From assembly GCA_011364965.1 (NCBI GenBank), contig RDOB01000002.1, forward strand, positions 260,554-324,553: 64,000 nucleotides of DNA, read 5' to 3'. Positions within the stretch are counted from its first letter, which is position 1, and each line of letters begins with the position of its first letter. A program made the position numbers and the translations under genes. Shown one piece after another: positions 1-9,163 of the stretch. The notes under the pieces were generated by a model. It had not been told where the DNA came from. It worked only from the letters and a program-made list of their open reading frames with translations, and searched no databases. The DNA is from Candidatus Heimdallarchaeota archaeon (lineage in GTDB: Archaea > Asgardarchaeota > Heimdallarchaeia > Hodarchaeales > Hodarchaeaceae).

Positions 1-1
1 A

Positions 2-163
2 AAAGAAGGGAAGAATATACAATTTTGTCAGTTTTTAGGACATCTTTGGAGTGGATTTGCTTCTAAAGTTTTAGGAAAAAAATTCATCATGGCTGAAGAT
101 CCTTTATGTGCCTCAGGGAAGGGAAAAACCTGTATATTTACACTTGAAGAGATAATAGAATAA
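2..163 (+). CDS. 3' end of a gene cut by the window edge; the C-terminus resembles a V4R (COG1719-type) ligand-binding domain
   Basis: Frame 2 is open from the first base to TAA at 161-163 (...CQFLGHLWSGFASKVLGKKFIMAEDPLCASGKGKTCIFTLEEIIE*). The E-x3-C-x2-G-x4-C-x-F ending matches my memory of V4R C-termini. It has no start codon in the window, so it is absent from the ORF track. Confidence 0.35.
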   Translation, partial: KEGKNIQFCQFLGHLWSGFASKVLGKKFIMAEDPLCASGKGKTCIFTLEEIIE

Positions 164-181
164 AAAAGGAAGAGAAAAGAA

Positions 182-1384
182 TTATTTATATGAACTCCAT
201 TTCTCCTCGAGTTTAGGATCCATAATTGTATCCATAATATATTTCCCAAATTCTTCTCCTGTTGCTCCAGTATCTCTTCCAGTGATTTTAATCTTCTTTT
301 CGAATTCTGCACAAATATCCAAGGCCATTTCCAATTTTTTGGCCTTTTCAACAAAGCCTATATGATTTAGTAGTAGTGCAGCAGCTTTAATAATGCTTGA
401 TGGGTCAGCATAGATTTGACGTCCTTCATCAATCATTTTCAAGGCTGAACCATGAATAGCTTCAAACATTGCATAACGTTTACCGATATTTGCGGAGCCA
501 GCTGTGCCCACTCCACCTTGAATTTGTGCAGCTTCATCAGTTAAGATATCACCATAAAGATTAGGCATAACAAGAACTTTAAAGGAACTTTGACGTTCTG
601 GATCAATCAACTTTGCTGTCATTATATCAATGTACCAATCGTCCCATTTAACTTCTGGATAATCTTTAGATACTCTTTCTGCCATTTCTAAGAATTTTCC
701 ATCAGTAGTTTTGACAACATTCGCCTTGGTTACAACTGTGATCTTATTTATACTGTTCTTTTTGGCATATTCGAAAGCAGCTCTTATTATTCGTTCAGAT
801 CCTTGCATAGTAATAACTTTAAAATCAAAAGTAAGATCTTCAGTAATTGCGATCCCCTTTGAACCTAAAACATATTCCCCCTCTGTATTCTCTCGGTAGA
901 ACATCCAATCAATTCCTTTTTCAGGAACTTTAACTGGTCTAACATTCGCGAAAAGATCTAGCTCTCTTCTCATTGCGACATTTGCGCTTTCGATATTAGG
1001 CCATGGGCTTCCTTTCCAAGGTGTTGTTGTAGGGCCTTTTAAAAGTACATGGCATTTCTTGATTTCAGCTAAAACATCATCTGGAATAGCTTTCATCACT
1101 TCTGCACGTTTTTCAATGGTTAATCCTTTAATTTCACGGATTTCTACTTTTCCAGAGTTAATTTCATCCTCTAAGAGAAAATTAAGGATTTTTATTGCAT
1201 GTTTAGTGATCTCAGGTCCTATTCCATCTCCACCAGCTGCACCAATTATAATCTTGTCAAGAGACTGATAATTGATCCAGTCTGGTTCAGATTTTAATAG
1301 TCGTACTCTTTCGAGTTGTTCTCGAATCAATTTTTCGAAATGTTTGGAACCTTTCTGAACTAATTCTTCAGACATTTTTATCAC
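182..1384 (-). CDS. icd: isocitrate dehydrogenase (beta-decarboxylating isocitrate/isopropylmalate dehydrogenase family)
   Basis: 400 aa. Family motifs GGDGIGPEI and NLYGDILTDEAAQIQGGVGTAGSANIG. It lies 51 nt downstream of aclA on the same strand. An alternative start is M4 (1375). Confidence 0.75.
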   Translation of the reverse strand: MIKMSEELVQKGSKHFEKLIREQLERVRLLKSEPDWINYQSLDKIIIGAAGGDGIGPEITKHAIKILNFLLEDEINSGKVEIREIKGLTIEKRAEVMKAIPDDVLAEIKKCHVLLKGPTTTPWKGSPWPNIESANVAMRRELDLFANVRPVKVPEKGIDWMFYRENTEGEYVLGSKGIAITEDLTFDFKVITMQGSERIIRAAFEYAKKNSINKITVVTKANVVKTTDGKFLEMAERVSKDYPEVKWDDWYIDIMTAKLIDPERQSSFKVLVMPNLYGDILTDEAAQIQGGVGTAGSANIGKRYAMFEAIHGSALKMIDEGRQIYADPSSIIKAAALLLNHIGFVEKAKKLEMALDICAEFEKKIKITGRDTGATGEEFGKYIMDTIMDPKLEEKWSSYK

Positions 1385-1435
1385 GCTATAATTTTAATTA
1401 ACTTATTTGGTTTTATTACACAAAAAAGGGGAGAA

Positions 1436-3271
1436 TTAATCTGCGAAGAGGATTTCATCCCATGGTTGTCGATATAAACCAGCGCGCTGACGTTTTTGAT
1501 CAAAGATATGCCCCATCATACCTATAGATCGTCCAAGGACAAATAATCCGTTGAGTATCTCTGCGTCAATGACATCTTGCTTTTCTTCTTCAGTTAAATC
1601 TAGATTTTCCATTAAATCAAGGAAGCATATTCCGATACATCCATCAACATTTAATATCAAATTATTCCTTTTTTGCGTAGTTAGTTTTTCGACTTCCAGA
1701 GCAAAATCCAGATAAGGATGTTTAGGAAACCTGGTGAACACAAATTCCTTCAATAGTTTAACCCTTACATCAGGATTATTAACAGATTTTATTCTGTGAC
1801 CAATCCCAGGAATATTTATTTGAATGACAGTTTTCATATGATCAATGAATTCTTGTGGATGCATTCCTTTATCTCGGGCTTCTTTGAAGTACCTTGCTGC
1901 ATCGGATATTGCTCCGCCGAACCGTGGACCTATTGTAAGAATACCTGATGTGAGTGAGGACATTAGATCCTTACCCGCTCGGGCCGTGATTATTGCATTA
2001 TGGGCTCCACTAACAGCTGGTCCATGATCAGCTGTTAGCTTTACGACCATTTCAATATAATCTTGTGCAAAATCGGGTAATTTCTTTTTGAACCAAAGTA
2101 AACCTATAACATATCCTAAAGACATATTTTTTTCAATAATGGTGTCTAATCCCACTCCTGAAAACAGTGGAACGTCACCTCGATCGTCAGAAATTGTAAC
2201 AACTACATCAGTTGGTCTTCTCACTAATCCAAGTTTATTTGCCATTGTATAGTCCATCGGAAGAGATGGAGGTTCGAAATCTTCTATAGGATCAATTTTT
2301 CCCTCTACTTGGAGTTTTTCAAATGTTTCTTTTATTTTATCACCAAAATCATCATAGGAATTTGGTACGATAACTCCAACTTCCCTAAGGGCTTTATTTT
2401 TTGCATCTGCTGTTTCTTTTTCACTTCCCGCCATAGCTCCAGCATGTCCAAATTGTAGACCTTTGGGTAAAATTTTTGCTGCAGTTCCTGTAACCCATAA
2501 CACGAGAGGTTTCGTTATTTTCCTATCTTTGACAGCTTCGACAATATTCCATTCATCAAGTCCCCCGATTTCTCCCAAACATACTAACATCTTAATTTTT
2601 GGATTCGCTTCGAATCGAAGAAGGTGTTCTAGTAGAGTAGCACCAGGATATCTATCTCCTCCGATAGCAATTCCTTCATAAATTCCATCTGTGTTTTGAG
2701 AAACTGTAAAGTACATCTCGTTACTTAATCCACCAGATTTTGAAACAAATCCCACTGAACCTGGTCGATATAATTTTGAAAGAACAATATTTTCTATTGT
2801 TCCTGCAGTATTACCGATTTTGAATGCTCCAGCTTTTATTCCTCCAACAGTGGCTGGTCCAATTATCATTTTATTTTTACTCTTTGCAATTCGAACTAAA
2901 TCTCGACTTTGCCGTTCTGGTATACCTTCAGCAATAATTACTAATGTACGGATGGTTTCTGATTCTAATGCTTCTTTACTAGTTGAGTAGGCTGATCGGA
3001 AAGAAGAGAAATTTATTATCACATCAGCATCAGCGTGGTTTTTCATTGCTAAATTTAATTTCTTGTAGATTGGGATAACGATTTCTTTGCTCCCCCAAAA
3101 AACCTTATGATATCCAATTGCTCCATCTTGTGTTGGTCGAATAATAGCTGCAACAGATGGTGTGTTTCGTTTAGAAACAAAATCAAAATCAAGCATACGT
3201 TGAATGGCATTTGCTTGAAGGCCATAAATAATAGCTTTTGTATTCCTATCAAATAATTCATAGTCTTCCAT
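1436..3271 (-). CDS. aclA: ATP-citrate lyase alpha subunit (CoA-binding/phosphohistidine domain plus citrate-synthase-like citryl-CoA lyase domain)
   Basis: 611 aa. The LQFGHAGAMAGS loop is the GHAGA catalytic-His motif of ACLY and succinyl-CoA synthetase alpha. The long C-terminal domain is citrate-synthase-like (GHRIKS..., LFVLGRSIGMMGH). The gene is adjacent to aclB. Confidence 0.8.
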   Translation of the reverse strand: MEDYELFDRNTKAIIYGLQANAIQRMLDFDFVSKRNTPSVAAIIRPTQDGAIGYHKVFWGSKEIVIPIYKKLNLAMKNHADADVIINFSSFRSAYSTSKEALESETIRTLVIIAEGIPERQSRDLVRIAKSKNKMIIGPATVGGIKAGAFKIGNTAGTIENIVLSKLYRPGSVGFVSKSGGLSNEMYFTVSQNTDGIYEGIAIGGDRYPGATLLEHLLRFEANPKIKMLVCLGEIGGLDEWNIVEAVKDRKITKPLVLWVTGTAAKILPKGLQFGHAGAMAGSEKETADAKNKALREVGVIVPNSYDDFGDKIKETFEKLQVEGKIDPIEDFEPPSLPMDYTMANKLGLVRRPTDVVVTISDDRGDVPLFSGVGLDTIIEKNMSLGYVIGLLWFKKKLPDFAQDYIEMVVKLTADHGPAVSGAHNAIITARAGKDLMSSLTSGILTIGPRFGGAISDAARYFKEARDKGMHPQEFIDHMKTVIQINIPGIGHRIKSVNNPDVRVKLLKEFVFTRFPKHPYLDFALEVEKLTTQKRNNLILNVDGCIGICFLDLMENLDLTEEEKQDVIDAEILNGLFVLGRSIGMMGHIFDQKRQRAGLYRQPWDEILFAD

Positions 3272-3286
3272 AAAAATCTACTCCGT

Positions 3287-4567
3287 TCAAATCTCCTCTA
3301 AGGCCAGTGGAACAATTCGAGTCATGTGCGTATATCTATCAAATACTTTGATAGGAACACCTACTTCTTTACCCACTTGTTTCATTAGTTCTAATCCTTC
3401 TTTTTCATTTGGTCCACCTCGACGAACATAGATTTTCACATTCGCCTTTTTTAATTGTTCAGCAGACTTCCTGATTGCAGATACTATTCCTGTGAACGTC
3501 GCTTTGACATCAGTAAAATTAGCGATTCCTCCACCGATTATGAGAATCTTAGGTTTCCCTTGTGGATCTGGTTTTTCAGTTATTAGATCTATTATTGTCT
3601 TTGCATACATCTCAGTATGTTCACGACTTGGATCACCACTATATTCTCCATAATTCGCTAGTTGATTTCCATATCCTAAATCGACTATTGTATCAGTATA
3701 AATAACTGATGCTCCTCCTCCCGCCACCATTGTCCAAATGCGGGCATCTCTGTTCAATATTCGAAGTTTTAAAGAAGCACCAGTCTGTTCATCGATTGAT
3801 TGAATGAATTCCTCTTCTTTCGACATTTTTTGTCCAAAAGCAGGCGGGAATTGAACAGGAGAAGCAAGGTTTCCCCAAGTATCTTGATGTAGAAAAGAGG
3901 CAGTATCATCTAGCTTTGCTTTGAGATCTAAAGGGACAATTTTTTTATCATCTGTTATAGCAAAAGGATTTATTTCAAGAAAAGCGAAGTCTTGATCAAC
4001 ATAGACCTGAAATAACCCTTTAATAAATGGAATTAAGACATCAGTTAAATCTCCAAGATTGGGAAGTTTATTTGTTACATTAAATGAATTAATATCTGTA
4101 CCAATTGGAATAGATACATGCGTTACTTTATCCCAGTTTTCCTCAACGTAAATTCCACCTTGAAAACTGAAATGAATGATGTCATTATTTCTATCAGATG
4201 TGAAAGATATATAATACTCCTTGGAGTGAGGTACAAAGGGTTCTACTAAAATTCTCTCTAATATACCTTTTGTATTTCCTACTTCTAACTCTTTACCAAT
4301 TTTTTCTTTCACAAAGGCTTTTAGTCCTTCGAAATTAGCATTTAGTAAAAGCAAGCCTGCTTTACCTCGTTTACCAAATAATTGATCTGGTTTTGCTGCT
4401 AATTTTTCATTTTTAAGCCACGGATTTCTATTTGCAAGATCATCAAGGTTTGTATCCGGAGTAATTACAAGTAATTTGCTATGGTACTCATACGTTGGAA
4501 AATACTTGATTAACTGAGATGCAAGCAATTTTTTTGCATCATATTCGTAAATACTTTTCTGAGCCAA
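3287..4567 (-). CDS. aclB: ATP-citrate lyase beta subunit (ATP-grasp, SucC-like)
   Basis: 426 aa. The N-terminus IYEYDAKKLL is typical of SucC/ACLY ATP-grasp domains. TTG start preceded by AAGGAGGA 8 nt upstream. A 15-nt gap separates it from aclA. Confidence 0.8.
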   Translation of the reverse strand: MAQKSIYEYDAKKLLASQLIKYFPTYEYHSKLLVITPDTNLDDLANRNPWLKNEKLAAKPDQLFGKRGKAGLLLLNANFEGLKAFVKEKIGKELEVGNTKGILERILVEPFVPHSKEYYISFTSDRNNDIIHFSFQGGIYVEENWDKVTHVSIPIGTDINSFNVTNKLPNLGDLTDVLIPFIKGLFQVYVDQDFAFLEINPFAITDDKKIVPLDLKAKLDDTASFLHQDTWGNLASPVQFPPAFGQKMSKEEEFIQSIDEQTGASLKLRILNRDARIWTMVAGGGASVIYTDTIVDLGYGNQLANYGEYSGDPSREHTEMYAKTIIDLITEKPDPQGKPKILIIGGGIANFTDVKATFTGIVSAIRKSAEQLKKANVKIYVRRGGPNEKEGLELMKQVGKEVGVPIKVFDRYTHMTRIVPLALEEI

Positions 4568-4648
4568 AAAGGTTCCTCCTTGGTTTATTTTTCCATTTTA
4601 AATTCATTTTTAATTCTTTACTTTTCAAAACAAAAGGATAAATTAAGA

Positions 4649-6604
4649 TTATAAGTTGTGTTGCACGGTGTGGGTTAATTTTCCGCCAGCAATTATGATC
4701 TCTCTTTCCCTTTTAGAAAGAAAATCAAAATTAGCCTCATAATCTGAGTTCTGAGTTACATTATGCACTATGATTTTATTGTTATTGCTCATCAATGCCC
4801 TTCTAATTCCCATGATATTCAAAATGTCATTTGGTTTAATTTGATCAAAATCTCGAGGATTAAGAAACGTTAATGGTAGAATTCCGAAGTTTACTAAATT
4901 ATCCTTATGTATCCGAGCAAAACTTTTAGTGAGGACCGCCTTGATACCTAGGTACATTGGAGCTAGAGCTGCATGTTCTCTTGAAGAACCTTGGCCGTAA
5001 TTATCTCCTCCAATGATAATTCCTCCACCATTTTCTTTTGCTTCCAAAGCTCGGGATGGAAAATCTTCATCTACCTGTTTAAAAACATATTTGGAGATCT
5101 CGGGAAGATTAGAACGTAATGGAAGAATTTCTGCGCCTGCAGGCATAATGTGATCAGTTGTGATATCATCTTCCACTTTGATTAATACTCGAATATTAGT
5201 AATATTGTCTGGCATTGGTGAAAAATCTGGTAGTGGGGCAATGTTTGGTCCACGAATGATTTCGACCTCTTTGGGATCAGAAGCGGGTTCTAAAATCATT
5301 GAATCATCAATCTCAATTGTACTTGGAAAAGTAATATTGGGATAATCCCCAAGGTTTTTTGGATCTGTGAATTCACCAAATACTGCTGCCGCAACAGCTA
5401 CTTCGGGGCTAACTAAATATATTTCTGCACTGTCTACCCCACTTCGACCAAAGAAATTCCGATTAAATGTCCGAACTGAAACACCATTTGAATTTGGAGC
5501 AAATCCCATTCCTATACATGGTCCGCAGGCTGATTCTAAAATTCTAGCGCCTGCTGAAATCATGTCAGTTAATCCTCCACTTTGTGCAAGATATGCTAGT
5601 ACCTGTCGAGAACCAGGCGAAATTCCAAGAACAGTTTCATTCGAGATTTTACGTCCCTTTAGCAGTGCGGCCACGATTAACATATCTTTTAGTGAACTGT
5701 TAGTGCATGAACCTATTGCTACTTGGTCTACTTTTTTGCCATATAATTCTGATAATGGAACTACATTACCAGGAGAGTGTGGTTTAGCAACAAGAGGTTC
5801 TAAGCTTGAGAGATTAATTTCAATTATTTCATCATAATCTTTTTCTAATCCTTCGGGAATCTCTATCCAGAGATCTTCGCGTTTTTGGAGTTTTAAAAAA
5901 GAACGTGTGATTTCATCGGATGGGAAAATTGATGTTGTTGCGCCTGTTTCTGCTCCCATGTTTGTAATTGTAGCTCTTTCAGGAACACTTAATGTTTTTA
6001 TACCTGGTCCAAAGTACTCCAAAATGCTTCCAACTCCTCCTTTAACTCCAATCCTTCTTAATATTTCTAATATAACATCTTTTGCAGTTACATATGAGGG
6101 AAGAGATCCTAATAGCTTAACTCCGATGATTTTGGGCGTTTTTATATAAAATGGGCCACCTCCCATTGCTACTGCCACATCAAGTCCACCTGCCCCAATA
6201 GCAATTTGCCCCATCCCACCTGCTGTAGGAGTATGAGAGTCAGAGCCGATTAAAGTTTTTCCAGGGGCGCTGAATCGTTCTAAAAAGACCTGATGACAGA
6301 TACCATTTCCTGGCCTAGAAAATTTTATTCCATACTTTTTCGCTACACTCTGGAGGTAGCGGTGATCATCTGGGTTTTTGAAATCGGTTTGAAGAGTGTT
6401 ATGATCTACAACACTTACAGATAATTCTGTTCTTACCTTTTCGAGTTTCATGGCTTCGAATTGGAGATAAGCCATTGTTCCCGTTGCATCTTGAGTAAGT
6501 GTATGATCGATTCGAATTCCGATCTCTTTACCCTTTTCGTAAGTACCCTCTATGAGGTGTTCCTTCAAAATTCTTTCTGCAATACTCGTCATTTGGCGAG
6601 ACAC
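4649..6604 (-). CDS. acn: aconitate hydratase (short, roughly 650-aa class)
   Basis: Fe-S ligand and substrate motifs IGSDSHTPTAGG, GSCTNSS and CGPCIGMG. The ORF begins with GTG at 6604. ATG at 6592 (MTSIAERIL) sits 9 nt after AGGTG and may be the real start. Confidence 0.85.
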   Translation of the reverse strand: MSRQMTSIAERILKEHLIEGTYEKGKEIGIRIDHTLTQDATGTMAYLQFEAMKLEKVRTELSVSVVDHNTLQTDFKNPDDHRYLQSVAKKYGIKFSRPGNGICHQVFLERFSAPGKTLIGSDSHTPTAGGMGQIAIGAGGLDVAVAMGGGPFYIKTPKIIGVKLLGSLPSYVTAKDVILEILRRIGVKGGVGSILEYFGPGIKTLSVPERATITNMGAETGATTSIFPSDEITRSFLKLQKREDLWIEIPEGLEKDYDEIIEINLSSLEPLVAKPHSPGNVVPLSELYGKKVDQVAIGSCTNSSLKDMLIVAALLKGRKISNETVLGISPGSRQVLAYLAQSGGLTDMISAGARILESACGPCIGMGFAPNSNGVSVRTFNRNFFGRSGVDSAEIYLVSPEVAVAAAVFGEFTDPKNLGDYPNITFPSTIEIDDSMILEPASDPKEVEIIRGPNIAPLPDFSPMPDNITNIRVLIKVEDDITTDHIMPAGAEILPLRSNLPEISKYVFKQVDEDFPSRALEAKENGGGIIIGGDNYGQGSSREHAALAPMYLGIKAVLTKSFARIHKDNLVNFGILPLTFLNPRDFDQIKPNDILNIMGIRRALMSNNNKIIVHNVTQNSDYEANFDFLSKREREIIIAGGKLTHTVQHNL

Positions 6605-6650
6605 CTTTAAATTTTCTTATTAAAATCCTATTAATGCCTTCGTTGACCGA

Positions 6651-6678
6651 ATATGGGCATATACAGTCACGCCCATAT
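6651..6678. promoter_or_regulatory. perfect 8-bp inverted repeat ATATGGGC-N12-GCCCATAT in the acn/larA-like divergent intergenic region
   Basis: Read directly from the sequence: 6651-6658 ATATGGGC and 6671-6678 GCCCATAT. It is GC-rich relative to its surroundings and lies about 47 nt upstream of the acn start. Confidence 0.35.
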
Positions 6679-6710
6679 CGTTGAAATGGATTATTTATTG
6701 TTATCGTATT

Positions 6711-6754
6711 TACAATGTAAGCTACAATATTACAATCGAATTACAAGATTACAG
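6711..6754. promoter_or_regulatory. array of five TACAA(T/G) motifs
   Basis: TACAAT at 6711, 6723 and 6731; TACAAG at 6742; TACAG at 6750. The spacings are 12, 8, 11 and 8 nt. The array lies between the divergent acn and larA-like genes. Confidence 0.3.
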
Positions 6755-6866
6755 AAAAATTGGCCAAAATCTCTCTAATTCTTATGAGCGAAACATTCAT
6801 AATTTTTCCTCTTTGTGTGTTTTTTCAAGTGAAAAAGCCGCATTACATCCAAGGTGAACTCAGTCA

Positions 6867-8264
6867 GTGAAGGGTCTAAACAGCTTTGTGTTATTCTATG
6901 GCGACCAGAAAATTACGGATTTTTTACCCTCTTTTTCAGGAACTGTGAAATTATTAGAACCTATAGAATACAAATCCCTGATAAACAGTGAGAACATGCA
7001 GCAAGAGTTTTATCGTGTCCTTAATTCCCCAATAGGATTCAAAAACTCTTTCAAGGATTTAATTCATTCAACTGTGATTGGAACAGCTAAAAAACTCGTG
7101 ATAATCGTTGATGATATTACTCGACCAAATATTCACACTAAAATTTTGCTTCCAATATTATTAAATTACCTCAATGAACTTGGAGTAAGCTCTCAAGTTA
7201 TGATCATGGTTGCAAATGGAACTCACTCAATGCCCACCTTAGATCAAATTGCAACTAAAGTAATTGGCCTTCCCTTTTTTCATAAAGTGAAAAAATTAAT
7301 TGAATTGCACAATTGTGACAAAAATATAGAGTACGTTGGACAAACGAGTCGTGGTACGCCCATTTATATTAATAAGTATGTTTTGGATGCAGGATTAATC
7401 GTACCATTAACTGATTCAGAGTATCACTGGTTTGCGGGACAAGCAGGGACTGTAAAATCATTATGCCCTGGGGTCGCAGGAAGGAAAACAATTCAGTATA
7501 ATCATCCAATGATGTTTGATCTTCAAATTGGATTCAAAGAAAGTATCAAGCTTGGGGTAACTGATGGAAATCCAGTCATTGAAGATATGAAAGAAATTGT
7601 TTCATTGTTAACCAAAGATCATATAATTTTTGGTATTGATACTATTGTTAATAACAATCAGATTGTTTATCTACAAGCTGGAGATCTATTAGCTCTGCAT
7701 CATCTTGCTAAAGAACCATTAAGAGAGCTCCGTGTTGTCCCTGTTAAATCAGAAGGAGATATTGTTATTATCAGTCCTGGTAATCTGGGGTTGAATTTAT
7801 ATCAGACGGGTAAAGCTTTTCATGCTGGTTGGCATGCTGTCCGAAAAGATGGAAGAGGTAAAATTATAGTATTAGCCCCGTGCACTGAAGGACATGGAAA
7901 TCAAGCTTATTACGAAGCTATGTTGAGTTGTGAATCGTTATCAATTGAAGAAGCGTTGAAGTATTGTATTAATACTTATTGTTCAGTGGATAGTTTTAAA
8001 ATAGGAAATCAGAAACCAGTGGATCTTCTTCGTATAATTAAGGATGTTGGGGAAGGAAACTTGAGTGTGATAACAGAGATGGATAAAAACATACTCCAGA
8101 GGGTTTTTAGAATTAAAGCTCTTAATCCAGAGGGCAATTTTGTATCTAATTGTCTTAAAACAGAACTTTCAACTTATTTACAAAACACTAAAAATGTAAT
8201 CATATATTTGATAAAAGACCCAGGTATATTAGTGGAACCGAACCAGATTAATCAGAGAGTTTGA
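6867..8264 (+). CDS. LarA-family nickel-pincer-dependent 2-hydroxyacid racemase/epimerase homologue (DUF2088 N-domain)
   Basis: 465 aa with a GTG start. Motifs VDDITRP, ANGTHSMPT and SEYHWFAGQAGTVKSLCPGVAG resemble the LarA D-x-TRP, catalytic His and HYFAGFSGG-K (cofactor-tethering Lys) regions. Confidence 0.6.
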   Translation: MKGLNSFVLFYGDQKITDFLPSFSGTVKLLEPIEYKSLINSENMQQEFYRVLNSPIGFKNSFKDLIHSTVIGTAKKLVIIVDDITRPNIHTKILLPILLNYLNELGVSSQVMIMVANGTHSMPTLDQIATKVIGLPFFHKVKKLIELHNCDKNIEYVGQTSRGTPIYINKYVLDAGLIVPLTDSEYHWFAGQAGTVKSLCPGVAGRKTIQYNHPMMFDLQIGFKESIKLGVTDGNPVIEDMKEIVSLLTKDHIIFGIDTIVNNNQIVYLQAGDLLALHHLAKEPLRELRVVPVKSEGDIVIISPGNLGLNLYQTGKAFHAGWHAVRKDGRGKIIVLAPCTEGHGNQAYYEAMLSCESLSIEEALKYCINTYCSVDSFKIGNQKPVDLLRIIKDVGEGNLSVITEMDKNILQRVFRIKALNPEGNFVSNCLKTELSTYLQNTKNVIIYLIKDPGILVEPNQINQRV

Positions 8265-8877
8265 TCGTCATTTCTAGTCCATTCGGTAAAAAAGGAATGG
8301 TTACACTAGAGCAATTTGTTAGACGTTGAAAATAATCTACCAAATCCTCGCATACTTCTGGATTTTCTTTGTGAATATGAGGACAGTCGAGAATATTATC
8401 AGATAATATAATTCCTCCAATCTTAAGCTTTGGAAGTAGTAATTCAATGAAATTAATGTAATCTTGCTTATCCGCGTCTAAGAAAACTATATCAATCCTT
8501 TTTTCAAGTTTTGGAATCTCTAAGAATGCATTCGAAGTTATTATTTCAACATAATCCTCTAATTCTGCTTTCCTTAAATTAAGACGGGCAATACGAGCTT
8601 TCTCCTCAATTAATTCATATGTGATGACTTTCCCTCCATTTGGTTTTGCAGCAGCTCCCAACCATATTGTGGAATAACCAAATGATGTTCCTATCTCTAT
8701 GATGGTTTTAGCTTGGGTAGCAATTACAAGATTAAAAAGGAATTGTCCCTCTTCAGGAGTAATGGCCAAAGACCTTTTAATCATGGGAATATGCTCCCCA
8801 GCTTCTTCTATCTTAATTTCTACTTCTCTTTGGTCTTTTAATTCCGATAGAATTTTGAGAATATTCTCAGAAATCAT
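8248..8877 (-). CDS. class I SAM-dependent O-methyltransferase (caffeoyl-CoA OMT-like family 3)
   Basis: 209 aa. SAM motif I is IIEIGTSFGYST, followed by VFLDADKQDY, which is typical of family-3 OMTs. Its 3' end overlaps the convergent larA-like gene by 17 nt. Confidence 0.65.
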   Translation of the reverse strand: MISENILKILSELKDQREVEIKIEEAGEHIPMIKRSLAITPEEGQFLFNLVIATQAKTIIEIGTSFGYSTIWLGAAAKPNGGKVITYELIEEKARIARLNLRKAELEDYVEIITSNAFLEIPKLEKRIDIVFLDADKQDYINFIELLLPKLKIGGIILSDNILDCPHIHKENPEVCEDLVDYFQRLTNCSSVTIPFLPNGLEMTIKLSD

Positions 8878-9163
8878 TCATACCACCAGATCCCCTATAA
8901 ATGAGTAAATTATAGATCTATCAAGCTACCAGTTTTACCTTTCCTATAATAATTCATTGATCCTATTCCCGAATTTAAAAGTTTAAAAGGGGGATTGGGA
9001 TTACAAGAAGAAAAGAAAAAAGGAGTATATAGAATCCCTTCTCCCGCCCTTAGATAATATTTAGTAAGATCTACTATCGTATTTAGAGATTTAAGGAGAA
9101 AAGAAATAAGGAGTTCAGAGAATAAATTTCTCATCTTGATTATTTATACTGGTAGTGTTTTCT

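Noticed and set aside
5367-5837. 156-aa ORF on the plus strand, antisense to aconitase (also 5160-5345 and 5907-6149)
   Set aside because: It lies entirely inside a gene with unmistakable aconitase motifs on the other strand. The translation is low-complexity (Ser/Pro/Ala/Ile-rich) with no motif. It is a typical shadow ORF of a relatively GC-richer conserved gene.
8910-9134. 74-aa minus-strand ORF in the OMT/TFS spacer
   Set aside because: It has odd composition (FFFSSCNPNPP), no RBS and no motif. It spans the GC-rich hairpin, so it is more likely non-coding.
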